A DNA stretch of 64,000 bases from Ranitomeya imitator (taxonomy: Eukaryota): NCBI RefSeq assembly GCF_032444005.1, contig NC_091291.1:120900001-120964000 (forward strand), read 5' to 3'. Of the stretch, positions 21,290 through 33,476 are shown piece by piece. The notes beneath the pieces are model-generated. The model was given only the letters and a program-made list of their open reading frames with translations, did not search any database and was not told where the DNA came from. Both the position numbers and the translations under genes were made by a program. Position 1 is the first letter of the stretch. Every line of letters begins with the position of its first letter.

Positions 21290-22566
21290 TTCATGGTTCT
21301 ATCCCTTGGCATCGCAGACTTGGCCCTATCCTGGATCTCATCATACTTAACAGACCGGACATTCAGCGTCTCCCACTCACACACCACCTCCTCACCTCGC
21401 CCCCCATCTGTCGGAGTCCCGCAAGGTTCAGTCCTTGGGCCCCTGCTCTTCTCCATTTACACCTTTGGCCTGGGACAGCTCATAGAATCTCATGGCTTTC
21501 AGTATCACCTCTATGCTGATGACACACAGATCTTCATCTCTGGACCAGATATCACCTCCCTTCTAACCAGAATCCCTCAATGTCTGTCCACTATTTCATC
21601 CTTCTTCTCCGCTAGATTTCTGAAACTTAACATGGACAAAACAGAATTCATCATCTTTCCCCCTTCTCACACGACCCCCCCACCGAACCTATCCATTACA
21701 GTAAATGGCTGCCCACTCTGCCCAGTCCCACAAGCTCACTGTCTCTAGGTAATCCTTGACGCTGATCTCTCCTTCAAACCACATATCCAAGCCCTTTCCA
21801 CTTCAACTCAAAAATATTTCACGAATCCGTTCATTCCTCAACCATGAATCTGCAAAAACCCTAGTCCATGCCCTCATCATCTCTCGCCTTGACTACTGCA
21901 ACATCCTGCTCTGTGGCCTCCCCTCGTCCACTCTCGCACCCCTCCAATCTATTCTAAACTCTGCTGCCCGACTAATCCACCTGTCCCCCCGCTATTCCTC
22001 GGCCTCTCCCCTCTGTCAATCCCTTCACTGGCTCCCCATCACCCAGAGACTCCAGTACAAAAGCCTAACCATGACCTACAAAGCCATCCACAACCTGTCT
22101 CCTCCATACATCTGTGACCTCGTCTCCCGGTACTTACCTACATGCAACCTCCGATCCTCACAAGATCTCCTTCTCTACTCCCCTCTTATCTCCTCTTCCC
22201 ACAATCGTATACAAGATTTCTCTTGCGTATCACCCCTACTCTGGAACCCTCTACCACAACACATCAGACTCTCGCCTACCATCGAAACCTTCAAAAAGAA
22301 CCTGAAGACCCACCTCTTCCGACAAGCCTACAACCTGCAGTAACCACCGATCAACCAAACCGCTGCACGACCAGCTCTATCCTCACCTACTGTATCCTCA
22401 CCCATCCCTTGTAGATTGTGAGCCCTCGCGGGTAGGGTCCTCTCTCCTCCTGTACCAGTCGTGACTTGTATTGTTTAAGATTATTGTACTTGTTTTTATT
22501 ATGTATACCCCTCCTCACATGTAAAGCGCCATGGAATAAATGGCGCTATAACAATAAATAATAATA
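21290..22566 (+). mobile_element. 5'-truncated L2/CR1-clade LINE, defective (stop and frameshift near 21746-21800)
   Basis: RT motifs [13 protein letters not shown] and LYADD. Downstream ALIISRLDYCN and LHWLPI. 3' UTR ends aataaataataatag. Confidence 0.92.
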
Positions 22567-24051
22567 GTGGGAATTCTAGCAGCATGATAAAATACACAGA
22601 CCTACAGGCGACCCCTAACACACTACGTCTGACTTACTGGGCTAATAGAGGTTCAGTTATTGCAGACACCTGCAGAGTGATGAGGTGTTATCTGAGCATG
22701 CTCAAAAAATATGTTTGAGTCCCCGTGGCTGTATGTGTTGCGGCTGTCAAACAGTCGCGAGACATGCAGCTGCAAGGGATTAACAATTTTAGAGCACGCC
22801 GAAGACACTCATCACTACACCTGCACAACCCCTACAGGGCTCCAACAGATGCCCATAAATCTAGATAATCTCACCTAAAAGTAATGCTTGTAGGGAAGAA
22901 CACCTCTGTGGTATCCGCCGTCAGATGCTGTACATACAATGTCTATTTTATAAAGTCCCAAAAGTACAGTAAAAACACCACGTGCCTCTTTAGCAGCAAA
23001 ACAGACATGAACAAGTACAGTTTTTTCCCTGTATAAGGCATATGTGCATAAGGTGAAGGGGCAGGCTATTTCAATAGCAAAGCCAGCTCCCTCAAATTTC
23101 AATAGATGTTTTCCCTTTACTCTAAGCTGCGGTAGTCTTAAAAAATACATAAGACGAGTATCACACACCCTCCCTGGGTCTAGCGAGGACTCTCCGCTGC
23201 TGCCAGTCTCATCGACAGATCAACATTCAGTCCGTGAGGTGAGCGGCTATTCAGAACCCCCTGAACTCAGTGATTGGCTGTTATAATGCAGACAAGACAG
23301 GTAGCAGCGGAGAGCCGGCGTTGGACCAGGCAAGGCAAAGTGCGGTAATACTTAGTTTGCACTTTTATGGCTACCACATCTTATAGCAAAAGTTTTCAAA
23401 ACCTTTTTAAATTAGCTCTTTGGCCGTGATAGATGGGGGACAGTTTAACTTTTTTAAGCTAGCAGTTAGCCAGCCCCCTTCACAAGCAGTTTTGGTAATG
23501 TGCATAAACCAAAAGTACCTCCCTGGCCGGAGCTAAGGATCGGAGCATGGAGTACATTAGTTTGCTGTATAAATTCTCAGTAATCGTACACAGACAGTAC
23601 TGATCATTAAGTCTGCAGGAAGAGTATCCATAGGAGTCAAGGAGAGAGACTTCCATCTGAATGCCTTTCGCCTGGTTTAGGCCCCGATTATTGGTTGCAT
23701 GAACATCGCTTAGCTGTATGAACTCTTCATTCTAGACTGAGTCATGAATATTAAAGTATATTCACTTACATCGGGTGTCAGATCTTCCCCCATTTTGTAG
23801 GAGAAAAGCAAGGAACCTGACATTTTCTTTAGGAACCTTTTCCTAACACAACAGCACAATGCCAAAGATGGTGTAGAAGCATCTACAGCACGTTGGATGG
23901 TCAGGAATAACCCTAAAACTGGACGTGAAGCAGAGCAGTACTGGGGGTCCAAGACCAGACATCCAAAGTTCAACGCAGTCTGCAAAACCCCTCATCACAG
24001 AGGTAACACCATAGTAGTCCCCTACTTTATACTGGGCCTGGAGGATGGCGG

Positions 24052-27000
24052 CTAATTGACTTCATTCCTTTTCATAAATTGTGTGTGACGTAAGGTCAGA
24101 TCGTTGATGATCTTATCTTCTATCTCCACCCCGGAGCGGTCTTCTTCATCAGATACGGACAGTTTTGACTCTTCTGTGCTGGTCACGACCACCACGTACG
24201 CTCTCCGCGTGTCTAGGATATTCGCCACCACCACCTGATGCCGGTAAGTCTCCAACGCTTTCCGCGCTTTCTCAATTAGGATTTCTGTATCCGTTTCTAA
24301 TTTAAAAGAAATAACAAAGGCTTTGGGAGCCCAGTCCTTCACTAAGGGGGACAGCATTTTGGGAACCATCTTCATTGTGATCTGAAATTAATAAAAAAAA
24401 AAAAGGGACAGGTATTACAGACTAACAGCTAACTAAACTGGGGTAAATCAACCAGTGGCTTCTGTGGCAAATAAATGGGATACATGGAATACTACATTTT
24501 GCTTGCAGACTTATTAGAAGACTACAAATAGACAACAATCCAAGTTTTTTGCAAAAAGTTGTATTAGTCCAACATGTGGTATTTCACCCAGAACGTTAGC
24601 CCTTCTGCACGCGTGGACATTTCACCCAGAAAATTAGCCCTTCTGCACGCGTGGACATTTCACCCAGAACATTAGCCCTTCTGCACGCTTGGGCTTTTCA
24701 CCCAGAACATTAGCCCTTCTGCACGCTTGGGCTTTTCACCCAGAACATTAGCCCTTCTGCACGCTTGGGCTTTTCACCCAGAACATTAGCCCTTCTGCAC
24801 GCGTGGACATTTCACCCAGAACATTAGCCCTTCTGCACGCTTGGGCTTTTCACCCAGAACATTAGCCCTTCTGCACGCTTTGGCTTTTCACCCAGAACAT
24901 TAGCCCTTCTGCACGCTTGGGCTTTTCACCCAGAACATTAGCCCTTCTGCACGCGTGGACATTTCACCCAGAACATTAGCCCTTCTGCACGCTTGGGCTT
25001 TTCACCCAGAACATTAGCTCTTCTGCACGCTTGGACATTTCACCCAGAACATTAGCTCTTCTGCACGCTTGGACATTTCACCCAGAACATTAGCCCTTCT
25101 GCACGCTTGGACACTTCACCCAGAACATTAGCCTTTCTGCACGCTTGGACATTTCACCCAGAACATTAGCCTTTCTGCACGCTTGGACACTTCACCCAGA
25201 ACATTAGCCTTTCTGCACGCTTGGACACTTCACCCAGCACATTAGCCCTTCTGCACGCTTGGACATTTCACCCAGAACATTAGCCCTTCTGCACGCTTGG
25301 ACACTTCACCCAGAACATTAGCCTTTCTGCACGCTTGGACACTTCACCCAGAACATTAGCCTTTCTGCACGCTTGGACACTTCACCCAGCACATTAGCCC
25401 TTCTGCACGCTTGGACACTTCACCCAGCACATTAGCCTTTCTGCACGCTTGGACATTTCACCCAGAGCATTAGCCCTTCTGCACGCTTGGACACTTCACC
25501 CAGAACATTAGCCCTTCTGCACGCTTGGACACTTCACCCAGAACATTAGCCTTTCTGCACGCTTGGACACTTCACCCAGCACATTAGCCCTTCTGCACGC
25601 TTGGACACTTCACCCAGAACATTAGCCTTTCTGCACGCTTGGACATTTCACCCAGAACATTAGCCCTTCTGCACGCTTGGACATTTCACCCAGAACATTA
25701 GCCCTTCTGCACGCTTGGGCTTTTCACCCAGAACATTAGCCTTTCTGCACGCTTGGACACTTCACCCAGAACATTAGCCTTTCTGCACGCTTGGACACTT
25801 CACCCAGAACATTAGCCTTTCTGCACGCTTGGACACTTCACCCAGAACATTAGCCTTTCTGCACGCTTGGACATTTCACCCAGAACATTAGCCCTTCTGC
25901 ACGCTTGGACACTTCACCCAGAACATTAGCCTTTCTGCACGCTTGGACATTTCACCCAGAGCATTAGCCCTTCTGCACGTTGGACATTTCACCCAGAACA
26001 TTAGCCCTTCTGCACGCTTGGACATTTCACCCAGAACATTAGCCCTTCTGCACGCTTGGACATTTCACCCAGAACATTAGCCCTTCTGCACGCTTGGACA
26101 TTTCACCCAGAACATTAGCCCTTCTGCACGCTTGGACATTTCACCCAGAACATTAGCCCTTCTGCACGCTTGGACATTTCACCCAGAACATTAGCCCTTC
26201 TGCACGCTTGGACATTTCACCCAGAACATTAGCCCTTCTGCACGCTTGGACATTTCACCCAGAACATTAGCCCTTCTGCACGCTTGGACACTTCACCCAG
26301 CACATTAGCCTTTCTCAAGCGTGCAGAAAGGCTAATGTTCTATCCAAATCATCACATGTTGGACTAATGCACTTTTTTTTTGCAACAAAATGCAGTGTAA
26401 CTCCTGCTTACAATATTTCTGCTCTTGTATGGTTCACAAGCCAGGACTTGGAGTTCTGTTCGTACCGATAACTTTATTAAACGGGTATTCAGGTCTAATG
26501 TTAACACTTATCCACGAGAGTTGTAATAATTGTTTGATCGATGGTGTTTCACCCATCATTCTCCCCTTGTCACAAAACCATGACCACGGGTGACAATCGA
26601 ACAATTGATCGTGCATGCCTCCCACAGTTCCATCTATGGTACTAAAAATGGTGCGGGCGCCACTCTCTGCCATGGATGTAACTGGAGCAGCAGGGCACAT
26701 GCAGGCTGAGATCATACAACAGGGGACACTGGTGTGGGCTCCCAGTGTTGTGAGATGGTATTTTTGGTGCATTGTGAATTGAAGCACCTGTAAGGGACCG
26801 CTGGATGACTGGATCTTGTGCTCCGGTATCTCAGACGCTGGGATGTAGAAGTCCGATACGGCCGCAGCCAGGTAGAACATGGCACTGGATCCTGGTGGGA
26901 AGAAAACAAACGACATTGGATGGTACGATACATATATGTAACATGGCAGCTAAAGATCAACTATCAGTTATTATACGAAACACCCGAGTGCGCGGCCATT

Positions 27001-28878
27001 CTTCACTATACTTTCCAGCAACGCGAAAACCATTATGGTGCCAACCAAAAATGCACTTCTGGAATGTCTTGATCATAAGAGTATTCAACATCTGGAAAGG
27101 CAGCGTGTGGCTCTCCATCTCCAGAGGAAATATTAGTGCTTACTCACTGGTCTACATTACCCTTATCAGACCATATTCTGGGCTGTGGGCAGCTGAGTAC
27201 CCATGTTCTATACCCTAAAGGCAGGACTGGCATCAGCACCTAGCCAATCCGGGGTCTGCCCAGCTTACAGTACCATTAGTAACATCCACCATACATGTAG
27301 AGTACATAGGATAAACGCACCGCTGCGTGTGTGAGGCGCTCAGGAGCTGATCCCCCTTCATACAGCCTGTGCCAGCTGTGTTATACAGCCAGCACTGGAT
27401 TCTACAGCCTTAAACCAGGGATGCACAACGTGGATCCACATGGTCAGATTGAACCATGTTTGTACGCTTTATGAATCCCAGACTGCGGCGGTACTTGTAC
27501 TATTAAACGTCCTGCAGTGCTGAGTACAAACCTTCATCTAAGTTCAGGTACAAGTAAAAAAAAAAAAAAAAAAAAAGAAAATGCAGAAATCAATGCAAAA
27601 TATTTGAAAAAAGAAATGTAATATAAAATAAAATGTAATATATAAATAATAAAATACATAAATGTAATACATTTTATTTATTTTAATATTTATATATTTT
27701 ACTTATTTATTTTTATATATTTTATATATATTACATTTTATTTATTTTAATATTTATAATAAAATATATAAAAATACATATATAAGTATAAAATATATAA
27801 ATATTAAAATAAATAAAATGTATTTTACTGATATATTTTTATATATTTTATTTATTTTAATATTTATATAATATAAAATATATAATAAATAAATATATAA
27901 GTAAAATATAAAAATAATGCAATATATAAATAATGTAATATATCAATAAATACTGTAATATATAAATATATGTATAAATATTATATATAAAATATAATAT
28001 ATATAAATAATGTAATATATAAATAATGTAATAAATATATATATATATATATATATAATGTAATATATATATTTTTCTATTTATATATAATTCTATTTTA
28101 ATTCAGCCTTTTCAGGGAAAGTAAAGTGACAAAAAAATTATATTTGTCACTTTGCTGACATGAAAAAGCTGAATCAAAATAGAATCAGAAAGTTAAGAAA
28201 AAGAAAAAAAAAAGTTAGAGCTATTGACAAAAAATGCCTTATTAGAGGAGAAACATTTGTGACGGTGGGCAATGACACGCATGAGACCCCATTGATGTGA
28301 AGCGGGCCCTCCCCAGCATGTAGCCCCCCATCCTGCGTCTTGCACACACCCAGAGGGCAGAGCGCCTGCGCGGCGGCCAGCAGCAGGTGCAGGTAGTCGG
28401 ACAGCGTGCTGAAGTCTATGGGCAGCAGGCGGCCGGACGCCTTCATGCTGCTGTAGTCCTGCAGGATCTGCACGATCCCGGGCAGCAGGCTCTGCTCGGC
28501 CTCCACTCTGGGAGCGTTGTCCCCGGGGGCGCTGGGAAGGTGCAGCCGTAGGACATCCAGCCAGTTGGTGGCAGCATAGCGCCGGCTGTACGGGTACATG
28601 GAGCGGTGTCTGTGCAGGAAGATCACGGCGTAGCCCGCCTGCAGGAAGTACTCTGCCGATGCTGCCCCCCTGCGGCCGCTGCTGAAATTATCCAGGAAGC
28701 GCACAGTGCGGGACTCCAGCGGGACCTTGGTGCCCCCGGAGGTGATTAGCACCACTCTGCGCCCCTCAGCGTGGTGACCCCGGGCAAAGGCTTCCATCGC
28801 CCGGGCGGCGTCCTCCACCGGGGCCTGTGGGGGAGCGAAGTCCTGGCGGATCTGTTCTGTGGGGTTGGGCTCGGCCAT
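24052..28878 (-). CDS. PPCS: Phosphopantothenate--cysteine ligase, 3 exons, 320 aa
   Basis: Exons 28878-28350, 26891-26788 and 24381-24052, GT-AG and in phase (963 nt). Motifs [63 protein letters not shown] and HQVVVANIL. Confidence 0.97.
24581..26316. repeat. 38-bp minisatellite (~45 copies, atttcacccagaacattagcccttctgcacgcttggac) in PPCS intron 2
   Basis: Period measured directly (agccc at 26041 and 26079). Flanked by an inverted-repeat pair at 24545-24612 and 26318-26390. Confidence 0.97.
27590..28100. repeat. Extremely AT-rich low-complexity tract in PPCS intron 1
   Basis: Almost only A/T with TA runs. A similar tract lies at ~100-350. Confidence 0.85.
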
Positions 28879-28879
28879 A

Positions 28880-29000
28880 GTGTGCGCGTCTTATGGGGAA
28901 CTTCAGGACGGCGCTGTCACTAGTATGCAGCGGACTTAGGTTTACGTCACGTCCGCCCGCCCGCGACGGAAGTGCAGGGGCCGCCATCTTGGAATAGGGC
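28880..29000. promoter_or_regulatory. Probable bidirectional CpG-type promoter for PPCS and the + strand CARF-like gene
   Basis: CRE/ATF-like TTACGTCA 28942-28949, GC box ccgccc ~28953, ETS CGGAAGTG 28967-28974 and YY1-type CCGCCATCTT 28981-28990, all directly upstream of the PPCS ATG. Confidence 0.7.
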
Positions 29001-29447
29001 ATTTCCGAGAGGAGAAGGGTAAAGTATAGAAGGTCCCGTGGGGGGCGACCACCAGTGCGCCACGTGTTTGTGGAAAGCTTTGGGGGAATCGTGGTGGGCT
29101 GTCTGTGTGTTGTGCTCTGGGTTCTCTATGGGAGCCGAGCCTATGGTCTGGGGTCTGCACTGATCGTGGTAATGGTCTGTATTGCGAGGGTCTGAAGTAA
29201 ATCAAGGTCTGGATTTCTTAGGGGGTCTTTTCTGAGAACTGTTTTTATGAAGTGTAGCCAGGTATTTGTCTTATTACATGACTTTTAGACCAACTCGCTT
29301 CCTCCATATTCAGTGCCTGTCTGTAGGGCGTCACAACCAGCTGATCGCCTGCAGCGGTGTCATTTTGTATGAACAGAATTCTCATCTTCTTATGCTCAGA
29401 CAATATACTGCAGCCGAACAGCAGCCACTGATTGGCTGTGGCACCTA

Positions 29448-29870
29448 AGGCTCCTTTCACACTAGCGTCGGAATCTCCCCGTCGCAATGCGTCGGGCAGA
29501 GATTCCGACGCTAGCGTTTAGCGCATTGCACAATGGAGGCAGCGGATGCATTTTTCCGGCGCATCCGCTGCCCCATTGTAAGGTGCAGGGAGTTGGGGGC
29601 GGAGTTCCGGCCGCGCATGCGCGGTCGGAAAAAGCGGTCCGTCAGGAGAAGAAAACGTTACATGTAGCGTTTTTTTCTCCCGACGGTCCGCAAAAGCACG
29701 ACGCATCCGTCGCTCGATGGATGCGACGTGTGGCAATCCGTCGCAAATGCGTCATCAATGCAAGTCTATGGGGAAAAAACGCATCCTGCAAGCACTTTTG
29801 CAGGATGCGTTTTTTCTGCAAAACGACGCATTGTGACGGATTGCAGAAAACGCTAGTGTGAAAGTAGCCT
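29448..29870. mobile_element. Palindromic T2-type MITE
   Basis: Ends aggctcctttcacactagcgt and acgctagtgtgaaagtagcct. Confidence 0.85.
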
Positions 29871-30070
29871 TAGCCGGATGTTGGTCCCAGCAGACCGACG
29901 GGGGACACATTACTGAGTATGGAGGAGCAGTTCGGTCCAGAAGGTGAACAGCAATTTACTTTATAGTCTTTTTCTCCTCCCTGAGCCCATTAGTAAGGAG
30001 TTTACTGCAGTGAACAACCCCTTTAAGTACAATAGCATCACACCGACAGGTTAGAATAGATACAATCGAG

Positions 30071-30158
<88 letters not shown>
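30071..30158. repeat. (TA)n(CA)n microsatellite
   Basis: Direct reading. Confidence 0.98.
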
Positions 30159-30160
<2 letters not shown>

Positions 30161-30239
30161 AACTACAAATGTATGGGCCCCAGTGCGAACTTTCAAATGG
30201 GCCCCCTCTGCCAAAATATTTTCAACCCAAATCCACATC

Positions 30240-30602
30240 CTGCCCATGATTCTGCCCCATCTGTCTCCACATTCTGCCCCATCTGACTCCACATTCTGCC
30301 CCATCTGTCTCCACATTCTGCCCCACCTGTCTCCACATTCTGCTCCACCTGACTCCACATTCTGCCCCATCTGTCTCCACATTCTGCCCCACCTGTCTCC
30401 ACATTCTGCCCCATCTGACTCCACATTCTGCCCCATCTGACTCCACATTCTGCCCCATCTGTCTCCACATTCTGCCCCACCTGTCTCCACATTCTGCCCC
30501 ATCTGACTCCACATTCTGCCCCATCTGTCTCCACATTCTGCCCCACCTGTCTCCACATTCTGCCCCATCTGACTCCACATTCTGCCCCATCTGTCTCCAC
30601 AT
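30240..30602. repeat. 22-bp minisatellite (ccacattctgccccatctgtct)
   Basis: Tandem copies. The 22-aa period in the track ORFs equals three units. Confidence 0.93.
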
Positions 30603-31465
30603 CTCACCGGAACAGCAGGAACCGGAAATCTGCTGCTGGCTGATACCAGAGAACACGAGCTGCACACAACCAGGACTGGGCTGCTGCTGAGAGCTGAAGG
30701 ACCCATGGTGACGTCATCGTCATGTGATCAGGAGGAGGAGCTGATAAATGGTGAAGGACCTATGATAATGATGACGTCACCACAAGTTCTTCAGCTCTTC
30801 CTTTCTAACAGTTCAGGTGTCGGCTGCTGGGTTGATGTGTGCGCTCGGCAGGTCAGGTGGAGGGCAGGTCTGTCTTTTGCAGTGCGGGAGGAATCACCTG
30901 CGCGGCAACAGTTTTGAACTTTTTGCTGATGTCGGCGTGCATCTGACCTCCCGGGCCCCTGACTCCACCGGGCCCGGTCGCAGTGGCGACTGCTGCGACC
31001 GTGGTAGTTACGCCCCTGTATATATACACAGACACACTTATGTGTCGTGTGCTGTAAATTCACAGCAGGAGCCAACAGGAGAAGAGATGGATTACATGCA
31101 GTATATTCACATAGAATATGTAGATATATAGATGTGTGTGACAAATACAATTAGTACAGTGTGTGTGCAGCTTACTGTACATGTATTTAATTAATAAAAG
31201 ATTATTTTTTGGAAAAAAATGGCGTGGGCTCCCTCTCAATTTTCATAACCAGCAGAGGGAAAGCTGATGGCTGGGGGTCGATGGTTATAGCCAGGGAAGG
31301 AGGTAATACCCATGCAGCTTCCCAGGCTGTTAATATCAGCTCACAGCTGTATATTTAGTCTTTACTGGCTATTAAAATGGGGGACCTGCCCAAAAAAATG
31401 ACAAAGGGTCCCCCTATAGTTAATAACCAGCAAAGGCTATGCAGACAGCTGCAGGCTGATATTAA

Positions 31466-32722
31466 CCCCTTCATGACCAGGGGATTTTTCGTTTTTCCGT
31501 GTTCGTTTTTCGCTCCCCTCCTTCCCAGAGCCATAACTTTTTTATTTTTCCGTCAATTTGGCCATGTGAGGGCTTATTTTTTGCGGGACGAGTTGTACTT
31601 TTGAACGACATCATTGGTTTTAGCATGTCGTGTACTAGAAAACGGGAAAAAAATTCCAAGTGCGGTGAAATTGCAAAAAAAGTGCAATCCCACACTTGTT
31701 TTTTGTTTGGCTTTTTTGCTAGGTTCACTAAATGCTAAAACTGACCTGCCATTATGATTCTCCAGGTCATTACGAGTTCATAGACACCAAACATGACTAG
31801 GTTATTTTTTATCTAAGTGGTGAAAAAAAATTCCAAACTTTGCTAAAAAAAAAAAAAAAATTGCGCCATTTTTCGTGATCTGGGGTCGGTTGAGGGCTTA
31901 TTTTTTGCGTGCCGAGATGACGTTTTTAATGATAGCATTTCGGTGCAGATACGTTCTTTTGATCGCCCGTTATTGCATTTTAATGCAATGTCGCGGCGAC
32001 CAAAAAAACGTAATTCTGGCGTTTCGAATTTTTTTCCCGCTACGCTGTTTAGCGATCAGGTTAATACTTTTTTTTAATTGATAGATCGGGCGATTCTGAG
32101 CGCGGCGATACCAAATATGCGTAGATTTGATATTTTTTTTATTGATTTATTTTGATTGGGGCGAAAGGGGGGTGATTTAAACTTTTATGTTTTTTTTTAT
32201 TTTTTTCACATTTTTTTAAACTTTTTTTTTTTACTTTTGCAATGCTTCAATAGCCTCCATGAGAGGCTAGAAGCAGGCATAGCACGATCGGCTCTGCTAC
32301 ATAGCAGCGATCTGCTGATCGCTGCTATGTAGCAGAATTGCACGTGTGCTGTGAGCGCCGACCACAGGGTGGCGCTCACAGCGACGGGCAATCAGTAACC
32401 ATAGAGGTCTCAAGGACCTCTATGGTTACCATTCACAAGCATCGCCGACCCCCGATCATGTGACGGGGGTCGGCGATGACGTCATTTCCGGCCGCCAGGC
32501 CGGAAGCGGTAGTTAAATGCCGCTGTCTGCGTTTGACAGCGGCATTTAACTAGTTAATAGGTGCGGGCAGATCGCGATTCTGCCCGCGCCTATTACGGGC
32601 ACATGTCAGCTGTTCAAAACAGCTGACATGTCCCGGCTTTGGTGCGGGCTCACCGCGGAGCCCTGCATCAAAGCAGGGGAGCCGGCATCGGACGGTATAG
32701 TACGTCCGATGCCGGTAAGGGG
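31466..32722 (+). mobile_element. Non-autonomous piggyBac-type element with TTAA TSD
   Basis: TTAA at 31462-31465 and 32723-32726, ends CCCCTT...AAGGGG. Interrupts an older repeat. A second copy lies inverted at 50254-51528. Strand label is arbitrary. Confidence 0.88.
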
Positions 32723-33476
32723 TTAATAACCTAGGAAGGGGTTATGGATACTGTCCTCCCTGGCTAAAAACATCAGCTCTCAGCTGCCCCAGAAAAGGTG
32801 CATCTCTAAGATGTGCCAATTCCGGCACTAAGCCTCGCTCTTCCCACTTTCCCTGTAGCGGTGGCAAGTGTTGTGATAGTTGGGGGGGTTGATGTCACCT
32901 TTGTATTGTCAGGTGACATCAAGCCCTGAGGTTAGTAGTGGAAAGGCATCAATAAGACGCCTCCATTTTTAACCCCATAGTCGCATTGTAAGAAAACACA
33001 GACACCCAGAAAAAAGTCCTTTAATTGAAAGAAGACAAAGACTTCTTTAATATTCTTAATTAATCCATACTTACGACCTCGCCCATTCCCCCGATGCCCT
33101 TGTCTTCTGCAAAAGAGTTAAAAAAACAAACAAAAAACAACAATATTCCTCACCCTTCTCCAGAGATGCTGCTAATCCATTTGTCCCACAACGGGTCCAG
33201 CTCTGCTACATCTAGATGGCAAGCTGCATGGTTGCATGATGCGGCAATACAGCCTGTCATCCAGCAGAGACGCTGAGCACCGTGTGCTCAGTGTCTTTCT
33301 GTGAACTCCTATTACCTATCTGACGGCACCACGAGGCGGTTACATTGTGCAACAAACCTACATGTGACTGTACCCCGAGTGTTGTCTGCTCTGGCATCAC
33401 ATGTGTAAACTACCGGTCATTTGTAGCCAGGCCCGTCTCACCAGGATCTTGTCACTTATTTTCCAGGTTTTCTACT

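Noticed and set aside
24581-26316. CRISPR-like appearance of 38-bp repeats (also the DIRS arrays)
   Set aside because: Units are head-to-tail with no unique spacers, no cas genes are present and the context is eukaryotic.
26434-26916. 160-aa ORF as an independent gene
   Set aside because: Only 26891-26788 is coding (PPCS exon 2). The rest is intron read-through.
28090-28185. Imperfect ~95-bp hairpin as a pre-miRNA
   Set aside because: AT-rich palindrome next to low-complexity DNA, more likely a MITE relic. No independent support.
30038-30706. Several minus-strand ORFs
   Set aside because: Products of the (CA)n and 22-bp repeats.
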